Below, piece by piece: positions 53,893 to 64,000 of a stretch of DNA of 64,000 bases. The position numbers and the translations under genes were made by a program. Numbering within the stretch: the first letter of the stretch is position 1; each line of letters begins with the position of its first letter. This stretch comes from Antechinus flavipes (Eukaryota), in NCBI RefSeq assembly GCF_016432865.1, contig NC_067399.1:596998001-597062000 (forward strand), written 5' to 3'. Below the pieces are notes generated by a model that ran no database searches, was not told the origin of the DNA, and saw only the letters and a program-made list of their open reading frames with translations.

Positions 53893-55990
53893 AAGACATT
53901 GAGAGTTAAAGAGACTTGCCCGCAGGGAGCAAAATCCGTACAAATTAAAGGAAAAACTTGATCCCAGGTCTGCCTGACTGAAGAGATCCACTTTCTATCC
54001 ACTATTGCTAAATGGCCTCACGGAGTTAGAAAACAGTAACATCAATGACGGGTAACACCTAGGTGAAGAACAGCTGAAACAATATTTGTGTCTAATTTTG
54101 ATCGATATGAAGAAGACGGTTATCTGTGCCTAAAAGGTAGACTCAAAAAGAAACTCAAAACAAGATGAAACCAATCTTTGATGTAGTATTTAAGCTGCCT
54201 AGATAATTCTTTCAGCAACTGACTATTGTTAAGCAACTATATATGAAAAGAGATTTTATACAGGAGATAGCAAGTTCCAAGTCTAAGTTATCTTTTCAGT
54301 ATTTAAGGAATTCCCCTCAAGTCCTACCCCACTGCCTCATTATATGCCAAAATGACACAAGCACTGGAAGGCCTTACAATATATGTCTGATGATTATTTT
54401 TTGTTTAAATCCATGGTAACTCAGAAAGACGGTCTACTTAAATCTAGAGGGTTTGTAATTCATATTGCTGACAAAATCATGAACATCTGAAGTATCTCTA
54501 ATGTGTATTTACTTGATATATTCAATACACTTACAGTACTTTAAAAAATTCAATTTTTAAAAAGTTATAGAAATATAAAAGTTATAGAAATTAAGATAAT
54601 GGATTATCTCACTAAAGAGCACACTTCTTCAGCTTACGTAGCTCCAATGTCACCCTTCTTCCCTCCACACATCATTGTAACATGAAGGACAACCATTATC
54701 CAACCATAATTATGCCTTACTTAACCCTTAATTTTTTAAACTCTTTTCTGGGTAAGGGGACCCACATAAATGTTCCTGCCCTTGTTCTATCCCACACTGA
54801 AATAATTTGAATGGAAAAGATACACTGGAGAGTAGATAAGCTGGGGACTCTAGGAAAATAATTAGAAGCATAGAACTAGTAGAGCTCAGTTTGGAATAAA
54901 AAAACTAGCATTGAACAACTGAACTTTCAAATTCAAACAGTGTTTCTGCCATATTGACTAAGATGTCTTAGACAAAGTCTTGCCATATATGCTCAAGCAT
55001 TAGAATCTTAGAATATATCAATATCATATATATCAATCTTCAGATGATGAAACAGAAAACCATAACCTTTTAGATTCAATTTTGGTTTTTATTCTGCTAA
55101 ATCTCATATTGTAACAGCTCTATTTTGTATTATAGTCCTATATAAAGAAAAAAAATTAGGTATGTTATAATCCATAATTGGAATATATATATTCCTCTAC
55201 AAATTGCAGGCAAATAACATTTCCCAGGGGCTCTCTAATCAAAGTAATTTAGAATTACCATTCTCCTAGATGGATGAACTAAGTTTATCCATTACATGGT
55301 AGTCTGATTCTCATTTTTGGGAGCTGGAAGGAAAGGTGAAAGGCTAATGGATTCTATAGCTAATGATTTTTGGCACATCAGAAAGAAAAGCAGATGTGAT
55401 CACATTATTAAATATGTGAAGACTAGAATTTAGAGCTTAAGGGAATCTTAGAAATAACCTCGTCTGATTCCTTCACTTCATAGATGACTTTTTACTTCTT
55501 AAGTAATTATAAGTGAAAAGCAAAGACATAATAAAAACTTTATATCATTAAAAAAGAGCTTCATAAGCCCCTCAGTTGCCTGAAAAATTGGCATTGTATG
55601 CATAATATATTAATAATAAATTTATTATTTGATGATTGTGACTTGGTGCTCATTTCACTAAATACCTTGTGTCAGATCTAGTTGTGTAGAGTTATAGGGC
55701 ACAAGTTGCTACTGGCATTAAAACAGTAGCTTACTCTCAATTAGATTCAGATATAAACAGTATACCTGAGGCCAGAGTTTCATATTGTTACCATTCATCA
55801 TGTATAAAAGTTTCTGTCATATCTGAAGACATTTAACTGAATTAGTGTAACAGTGAAATTTGCAACACAAGAAGAAAAGGCAAGAGTAATTTATTCAATC
55901 TCCCTTTTTCTACTCTATACTCCTCATTCCTATACTCTCAACAGAACTAAGAATCCAGAATGATTTTATTAGTGCTCTCATTATGAATTA

Positions 55991-56287
55991 AAATTAAATA
56001 AATTATTAATTTTAAAGGATTTCTTGAGACAGGGAACACACAACGTGAACTGGGAACTTCACTATTATTTAAAATGTTTTTCTAAATACAAAATTAAATG
56101 AATTATTAATTTTAAAGGATTTCTTGAGAAAGGGAACACACAACGTGAACTGGGAATTTCACTATTATTTAAAATGTTTTTCTAAATACAAAAGTAAATG
56201 AATTAATTTTAAAGGATTTTTTGAGACAGGGAACATACAACATGAACTGGGAACTTCACTATTATTTAAAATGTTTTTCTGAATACA
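55991..56287. repeat. Tandem repeat, ~100-bp unit x3
   Basis: Units at 55991-56090, 56091-56190 (3 mismatches vs unit 1) and 56191-56287 (3-bp deletion plus several substitutions). Confidence 0.95.
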
Positions 56288-57544
56288 TCTCTAATTCTAA
56301 ACACATCAAGTCTATATAAATGCAGCATTTTTTGAAACTATAATCATAAACTAGGAACCACAGCACTGGCTTCCCCCCACTTCAAAAGAGAAGTAATTGA
56401 TTAAAAAGTATGACTTAAATGATGCTAAACTTTTACCAAATTGTACAAACTCAATTTTCTTAAGGGATATAAGAAAAATCAAACCATTACTCTCTTAAAA
56501 TAACAACAAAAATTATGAGGAAAATGAAAGTCTCTAAACGATTATGCTATAATACACTCTTATTATAAGGAACATACTCATACTAACATACTCATAATAC
56601 ATTCATTAATAATCATAGTAATTTTAATGGTTTCCATTTGTTTTTGACTTTGAAGTAATTTAAAGCAAAAAAAATTTTTTAAAGACTGATGTTGAATCAA
56701 ATATTGTAAACTTCTATTTTTAAAAGTTCAATAATGAAAGTTTATGATTATGTTAATTATCTTCCAAGTTGTACTTATTTCACTAAAATGTTATTTATAT
56801 TTATTAAGATTTGTAAAATAAATTTAATATAAAGTCTTGTAGATCATAGTTAAGAATGTAATCTTCTTGGATTACTTCTTTTAATTTTTATGGAATGTCC
56901 TACATTATTTTTAAATGTTAAGGGACAGGTCAATTCTCCGCAAGTTTCCACAGCTGTGAATCATAGCATCTGAAGGCAAGGCAGCCTTTGCTGACACAGG
57001 TGTTTCAGACGGGGAATGAAATAAATTGGAGGCAGAGGGAAGAGGAGAGAGGTTAGAATGAAATGCCCTCTCAGTCACAGAGGTCAGAGAACAGCAACTG
57101 CCTCTCAGTCTCCTTATCATTCTCTCACAAAAGGGGATCCATTCTGCAGGTCTGGGTTGGAGCTCCAGCAGCTACTGTCAGGGGGCTCCCGTGTATTTCA
57201 ACATTTAAATATTTATATATTCACAATTATTTTATAATTAAGGTTTTTTAATATTATATTTGAATTGTTATTTTAAAAAGTAAAATTTTGTATTTCATAA
57301 TTATTCATGTAAATACAGTCACGGTAAGCCCTTAACTAATCCATCTAAAAGAATATTGTGAGAACTATTAAATTACTTTGGAGATTCACAACATATTTTT
57401 TTTTTTGTTACTGTTGAAAGGACTTTAGCGAACAAAAACCAGTAGAAACCAACAGAAAGGTTCAGTGACTTGCCCAAGGACACACAGTCAGTATTTTTCA
57501 GAAGTAGAACAAAAGTTACTATTTATATATTATAGTATCTATTT

Positions 57545-57764
57545 GATTTTTTTTTTTACTTCTTTTAAATCTATTTTATTTTATTTTTCATTTATGGAAT
57601 AAAACAAGCATTTCCATAACAGTGTAAGGAGAAAAAAAAAGATGACTACACATAAAATCAATTACGAACAATTTGCTATTTCTTTTAAATACAGTAATCA
57701 TGCAAATTTCTTTTTCCTTCCTTTCCCCCCTTCCTACCACCACCCTAGAAATGGACATCATTAG

Positions 57765-57795
<31 letters not shown>

Positions 57796-58570
57796 AAATC
57801 ATTCTAAATATATTATTTCTCTGGATGCAGATATTATCTTTCTTCATATGTTTTCTGAACATATGAATTTGGGTATTCATAATAGGCAAAATTACTTATT
57901 CATGTCAAAGTTGTTCTTAAAACAATATTGAGGTTGTTATATAGAACATTCTCTTGGATCTCCTAATTTCATTCTTCATCGTGCAAGTCTATCCATGTTT
58001 TTCTAGGATCACCAAGCTCATCATCTCTCATAGCACAGTAGTTTTCCATCACAATCTAACAATATAATTTGTTCAGCCACTCCTCAATTGATGGATATTC
58101 CTGAAACTTATAATTTCTTGCCTCTACAAAGAGAGCTGCTACAAATACTTTAGAATACACAGGTACTTTTCCTTTTCCCCTAATTATGTTTGGAAATAGA
58201 TCTGGTACTAATATTGCAGGATCAAAGAATATAGGCAGCTCAAAAACTCTTTGAGAACAGCTCTAGATTGCTCTTCAAATTGGTTGGATCAGTTCTCAAT
58301 TTCACTATCAATGAATTGCTGTCCCAATTTTCCTTATCCCCTCCAACATTTGTCACTTCTCCTTTCAATTATTTTTAGCCAGATAGGTTGTTTTTTAATT
58401 TTCATTTCTCTAATCATAATGATTTAGAGTATTTTTTCATATGATTATAAATTATTTTGATTTCTTCATTAGAAAACTGCCTATTCATATCCTCCGACCA
58501 TTCATCAATTGGGGAATGACTCATACTCTCAAAGATTTGACAAAGCTTTATGTATCAGAGCTATGAGACC
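57545..58570 (-). mobile_element. L1 3' ~1 kb (older subfamily) with embedded (GT)13
   Basis: T-tail, 'ggaataaaacaagcatttccataac', ORF2 antisense motifs ('cattcatcaattggggaatgactcata'). Confidence 0.75.
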
Positions 58571-59748
58571 TTAATTTAAATTATTTTTAATCATTCAACA
58601 ATATGGACCTGGCTTTACTTATTGGATAATGATCCAGATGTTTCAAATTTTATACATGTGAAGAAAAGTTTTACCTACAATATATAACCTTTTATGACAC
58701 CTGGCCAAGTTTTTCTATAAAGAATTTGGCTTTCCCCCTCTAAAACTGCTACAGATGCATTTTTGCCTAGAATACTGATAATCTACCCTTCATTAGGAAT
58801 CTTTGTTTTCACTTGCTTGTAATGAAAAACCAAGTATCACCTACCTAGCCACTCTTAAAATTATCTTATTAGATCCCATATCATTCTTCAGAGACCTCAA
58901 TAAAGACTATAATTTCTGATTAACATTAAAAGAGGCTGTGAAATTCTCTCTCTCTCTGTGTCTGTCTCTCTGTCTCTCTCTGTCTCTCCTCTTACCTCCC
59001 CCCCTTCTCCTTCCCTCCACTCCTCCACCGTCCTTTCCTCTCCAGAAAACTACAATCTATGTTCTGCTACAACACATTGATAATTACATCATTATATCAA
59101 TGTTTATATTACCTGAAAATAGCTATGAGAACAAGTCCAGCTTTTTATATTGGCTTTTGATAGCATTCAAACCATGACATAATACTTTCTCAATCATAGA
59201 TAGCATATATAATCAATTACTGTATATAATGATTAACTTAAAATAATTTTTAACCTTACTGGTTGTCTTAAGATGAAGCAACCTTTTTTTAACATTGATA
59301 CGTTTTATTATCAATTGTTAAAAGTATTGTCTTACTAGCAGAAGGAGAAGGCAGAGATATGTAAAAGTAGAATAAATTTCAGAGGCCCAAATTTAATCTA
59401 ACATTTTGGGAATTCCATTTATAGTATTTAAAGGAGTAATTCATTCTCCTAATGGCAACTTTGCTGATTATTCAAAAAGAATAATCAAATGCTCAACTTT
59501 GCATAGCAAGTTTCCTATGTTAAGCTTCTAACAAATTTTTAAGAAACAAGCGTGTTCATCAGCTGAAGATTATATATGCATCAGACTAAACATAATCTTC
59601 CACATTCTTAAAATCTTTAGTTATCAACTGAAGAAGCATAATGAATTACCCAGAAATTACTTTGTTTATGGTGATTAATAAAGATCTCTTATCAATTCTA
59701 CTATAGGATATATATTGTTTATAAAGTTTAACATTCATATATTTTTCT

Positions 59749-60025
59749 TTTCTTTTTTTTTAATATAACTTTTTATTGATAGAACTCATGCCAGGGTAAT
59801 TTTTTTACAGCATTATCCCTTGCATTCACTTCTGTTCCGATTTTTCCCCTCCCTCCCTCCATCCCCTCCCCCAGATGGCAAATAGTCCTTTACATGTTGA
59901 ATAGGTTACAGTATATCCTAGATACAATATATGTTGCAGAACCGAACAGTTTTCTTGTTGCACAGGGAGAATTGGATTCAGAAGGTATAAATAATCCGGG
60001 AAGAAAAACAAAAATGCAAGAAGTT
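59749..60025 (-). mobile_element. Young 5'-truncated L1 with 16-bp TSD
   Basis: Perfect TSD attcatatatttttct at 59733-59748 and 60026-60041; reverse complement matches 60773-61035. Confidence 0.9.
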
Positions 60026-60414
60026 ATTCATATATTTTTCTAATAAAATCCATTATTAAGCTAAATCAATTTGGTCACAAATAAAAAGTAAAAAAGGCAA
60101 TTGTGATAGAAAAGAGTATCTGAATTCAAAACCCAGCTTTGTCACTTTCTGTGACTCTAAGGCTCAAGCTCTCCTAAGACCCAAAGACTTTTCAATCTTT
60201 AATATAAAGCTACAATCCTTTCACTCAAGAATTATTTATTATGGACATACTTAGTGCTAAGTACATTGCTAAGGGCAGGGGATATAAAGTAAAGAAAAAA
60301 AGTTTCTGCTCTAGACTATTAGTGAAATATGTAACACAATAACTTAAAAAATAAAATCAGAAGATAATTGGGAACGGAATGGGGATAATGACAGCAATTG
60401 GGAATTATGTCCAG

Positions 60415-61116
60415 ACCTGTATGTGCCAAAATGTTTGTGGCAGCCCTGTTTGTAGTGGCTAGAAGCTGGAAAATGAAAGGATGTCCATCAATTGGAGAAT
60501 GGTTGAGTAAATTGTGGTATATGAACGTTATGGAATATTATTGTTCTGTAAGGAACGACCAGCAGGATGAATACAGAGAGGACTGGTGAGACTTACATGA
60601 ACTGATGCTGAGTGAAATGAGCAGAACCAGGAGATCATTATATACCTCAACAATGATACTGTTTGAGGATGTATTCTGATGGAAGTGGACCTCTTTGATA
60701 AAGAGAGCCTTAATTGATCAAAGATGGACAGAAGCAGCTACACCTAGAGAAAGAACACTGGAAATGAATATCAACTGCTTGCATTTATGTTTTCCCTCCC
60801 AGGTTATTTATACCTTCTGAATTCAATTCTCCCTGTGCAACAAGAAAACTGTTTGGTTCTGCACACATATATTGTATCTAGGATATACTGCAACCCATTC
60901 AACATGTAAAGGACTCTTGCCATCTGGGGGGAAGGGGTGGAGGGAGGGAGGGGAAAAATCGGAACAGAAATGAATGCAAGGGATAATGCTGTAAAAAATT
61001 ACCCTGGCATGCGTTCTATCAATAAAAAATTATTAAAAAAAATAAAAATAAGATTCTTCTTTTGTCTCGACAAATCCACTAATAAAAAACCATTTTCTAT
61101 GAAAAAAAAAAAAAAA
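60415..61116 (+). mobile_element. Young 5'-truncated L1 (ORF2 C-terminus + 3'UTR) with 3' extension and 14-bp TSD
   Basis: ORF 'MCAKMFVAALFVVARSWKMKGCPSIGEWLSKLWYMNVMEYYCSVRND' is the L1 ORF2p C-terminus (premature TGA at 60587-60589); TSD ggaattatgtccag at 60401-60414 and 61117-61130. Confidence 0.92.
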
Positions 61117-61129
61117 GGAATTATGTCCA

Positions 61130-62060
61130 GTAGGATCTGTGCTTTATGAGACTTAGGAAAATTCTAAGAGGCAGAGATAAAAAGGAAACATATTCCGGGT
61201 GAGAAGAGCCTCCACAGATGCACAGAAATCAGAGATATGGGATAGAATGTAGTGGGAAGAAATGGCAAGTTGGAGAGTTTGGCTGATTCATGGAGACTGT
61301 GGAGAATAATGTTTAATACTGGAGAAGCAAAGTAAAGACACAGTCAATTCTGTGCTTTAGGAATATCTCCCTTAGCTGACTTTGTGTAGGATATGGGATT
61401 GGACAGAATCTACCTTTAACCTGAGATAGGAAGAATAAACAGGATGTTACTGAATAATTCAGAAGGTAGTAAAGGCCTAAACTAGGATAATGGCCTTGAT
61501 GGGGAGATAAGGACAGGTCTAAGAGATTAAGAAGACAGAATAAACAAGAAATGGCAACTGATGGGATAAGTTGGATAAAGAAGAATGAAGAGTCTAGAAT
61601 GATTATAAGGTTATGAAACTACATGATTAGAGACTGGCAATGTCCTTGAGAAAAAAAGGTAAGTTTTGAAGAGGAATGGTCTAAAAAGAGAAAGGAAGAT
61701 AATAACTTCTGTTTTGGAAATATTGGGTTTGTGATATCTGTGGTTCATCTAATATGAAATGTTAAATAAGCAGTTTGGGATTAGAGTTCTGGAGTCATCT
61801 GAAAAGGGATGCTAACTGAATCTATGGATGCTGATGAAATCATTGGAAGTACTCACTGAAAAATGGACCTACGGCAGAGACTTGGGTACACCCACAGTGA
61901 AGATATATTGTGGATGCCAAAAACAAATGATATTGAAAAGGAATTGTGAAACAGGCAAAAGGGATCAAAAGAAAACTGTATCATGAAAACCCAGAGTATC
62001 CAGGAAGAGAGAGAGCAGTCAACAGTGATAAATAAAACAGAAAGGTAAGAAAGTCCTAGG
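61130..62060 (-). mobile_element. L2 fragment
   Basis: Purine-rich antisense L2 features ('aactgaatctatggatgctgatgaaatca', 'gaaaacccagag'); boundaries approximate. Confidence 0.5.
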
Positions 62061-62439
62061 AAAAGGTATATTGTCAAACAGACTATGTGTTTTCTAGGTT
62101 CTATGTTTTTGTTTATGCTGCTCATTATGACTGATATTCCCTCTCCTATCCCCATCCTCCTGTCTTCCTATTGATGTTCTAAGTTTAACCTCTCCATCTC
62201 TTCCTATCTATAATGCACCCACACAAGTCCAATTCCAATTCCACAACAAACTAACAAGTATTCAAAAAGTCATCAAAATAACTCTGTGTTGGACCCCTGC
62301 TATTGATGGATAAAAGGGCAAAAAAGAAAAAAAAAGCAGCTGCTCTCAAGGAACTCATATTGTTCTGAAAAAGAACAAGATTACTATATAATAGAGACCA
62401 TACCTGAGATATCCTATCCATAGAAAGTGTTTTTAAATG

Positions 62440-63759
62440 CTGGTGGCTAGGACTACAACCAAGAATCACCCGAGTGATTCAGGAGAAAAAAGGTAGCTAT
62501 AGGGGAAATGAAATGGAGGACTTTCAAGTATTCCTAATGAAAGAACCAGAATTGAACAGAGAATCTGACTTTCAAATACAAGATGCAAAAAAAGCATAAA
62601 AAGGTAAATGGTAAAGAATCAAAATGGTTAAATTGTTTATATTCATACAAGGGAAAATGACATTTATAACTCCTAAAAACTTTATCATTATTAGGGCAAC
62701 TAGGAAAAATATGTACATAGACAGAAGAGAAAGATATGAGTTGAATGTGATTTATGATTATCTGTAAAGGGCTGAAATTCTGAATAGGTGCACTGGAATC
62801 AGACAACAGAGCACTTAAGGCTAATTACCTATTGGACAATACTCTGTTAGCATATGCTTGGAAAAATGGCCCTTTCCACTATTCTGTGCTGGCTTGATCT
62901 TTTGGTGTATACAGATAATTGTAGGAGGGATTAGGGGGTAGAGTACTTTGGCGGTAGAAGAAGAGAAGGGGGAGATCAATCAGTTGAAAGCGAGTGCGAT
63001 CCCCTTCACTTCTCCCCCTAAAGACCAAGGACTTTTGCTTATTCTGACTCTGGCTGATCCTGAGGTTAACAGGGAGCTAACTCAGACTTCACAATTATCT
63101 AAAAAAAAAAAATAATAAGAGATGAGGAAGAAGAATACATTGGGTAAAGGGCAAAGGGAGCGGTAGAATAGGATAAATTATTTGTCATAAAAAAGGCCTG
63201 AAATATTTTAAAGTGTGTGTGGGGGGGGAAATGAGGGAAGTAGGGAAGGGGACACATGAACCTTACTCTCATAGGAAAGTAGAAAAGAAAAGGGAGGTGA
63301 CAGAAGGGAGGGTAAGTTTGGAGAAGGTAAAATCAAAAGCGAAACAGTTTTGAGAATGGATGGGGTAAAAGGAGAGAGAAAGTACAACAAACAGGGAGAT
63401 ATATAGGATGGAGGGAAATATGTAATTGGGAATCACTATTTTGAAAAAAAATTTTTTTACAGTAAGTTTTTCTGAACACTTCATTTCTCAAACTAATAGA
63501 AAACTGAGTCAAATATATAAAAATAAGACTATTCTTCAAATGATAAATGGTAAAAGAATATGAACAGGCAATTTTCAGAGAAAGTAATTAAAGCTATCTA
63601 TAGTCATGAAAAAAATGCTCTAAAAGACTAGTGATGAGATAAATGCAAATTAAAACAACTCTGAGCTGCTACCTCATATGTTAGATTGGCTAACATGACA
63701 GAAAAGGAAGATGGCAAATGTTGGATGTAATGTGGGAAAATTAAAACATTAATATATGG
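62440..63759 (+). mobile_element. L1-derived element: ORF1 C-terminus, inter-ORF spacer, then directly the ORF2 3' region (interrupted by an LTR)
   Basis: 62505-62601 translates as 'GNEMEDFQVFLMKEPELNRESDFQIQDAKKA*' (marsupial L1 ORF1p end); 63440-63757 has late-ORF2 motifs ('atgaacaggcaattttcaga', 'aaatgcaaattaaaacaactctgag'). Confidence 0.7.
62763..63093. mobile_element. Solo ERV LTR (331 bp), 6-bp TSD
   Basis: Starts TG(TAAAG), ends (TTCA)CA; flanked by ATTATC at 62757-62762 and 63094-63099; L1 sequence on both sides. Confidence 0.85.
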
Positions 63760-64000
63760 CACGGGTCCTCAAACTACAGCCCACAGGCCAGATGCGGCCC
63801 GCCGGATCATGGCAAAATCAGACTGGAAGTGACATTCGACCTAAACTCACGTTAGCAACGCACACTTCCGGCACTGGGCTGAGGCGGTGGAGACAGAGTG
63901 TGAGGCAATACGAGGTGAGGCGAGTTGCCAGGCTGGGGTGTGTGGTGTGGGGAAGGGAGAGAGATGCAGAAGATGGAGAACTGACGGCCCGCGGCCTTGT
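63760..64000 (+). mobile_element. hAT/Charlie DNA transposon, OC1 (OposCharlie1)-like, 5' end (cut off by the window end)
   Basis: Begins CACGGGTCCTCAAACTACAGCCCACAGGCCAGATGCGGC, close to the OC1 terminus CAGGGGTCCTCAAACTACGGCCCGCGGGCC (recalled); GC/CpG-rich; the preceding 8 bp ATATATGG fit the NTNTANNN Charlie-type target. Confidence 0.75.

Noticed and set aside
55991-56287. Considered as a CRISPR-like array
   Set aside because: Units are contiguous near-identical repeats with no unique spacers, in a mammalian intron
39628-64000. Searched for PDZD8 exon 3 (RLLIFGSYDRE...SSIKT) and further exons
   Set aside because: No matching translation or splice pair found; the exon is probably beyond the window, consistent with a long intron 3

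Overview
Eukaryotic, AT-rich mammalian genomic DNA. The MAR1/WALLSI-type SINEs, marsupial-type L1 tails and an OC1-like hAT element point to a marsupial, probably a dasyurid such as the Tasmanian devil (inference). Two genes converge tail to tail. On the + strand are 13 coding exons (human exons 4-16) of SLC18A2/VMAT2, 9623-28349, all matching the human exon sizes and phases as I recall them. On the - strand are the last two coding exons (4 and 5) of PDZD8, 39627-39465 and 36511-34356. The upstream exons of both genes lie outside the window. The introns are full of L1, L2, L3/CR1, RTE, MIR and MAR1 relics and microsatellites, and there are three N gaps. The ~6 kb between the two stop codons is almost free of transposons. 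The most notable observations: (1) this VMAT2 carries Phe at human Y433 (the VMAT1 state), Ala at G307 and Ile at M221, positions tied to tetrabenazine/histamine recognition or gating; (2) two young L1 copies carry apparent 3' transductions inside intact TSDs; (3) two young L1 copies form an inverted pair in a PDZD8 intron; (4) the right end is nested, with a 331-bp solo LTR (6-bp TSD) and an OC1-like hAT transposon inside an ORF2-deleted L1; (5) a 3x100-bp tandem repeat and a perfect (AC)10(GT)10 palindrome. I found no convincing wholly new gene system. Comparisons to human, rat and repeat consensus sequences are from memory and need verification.
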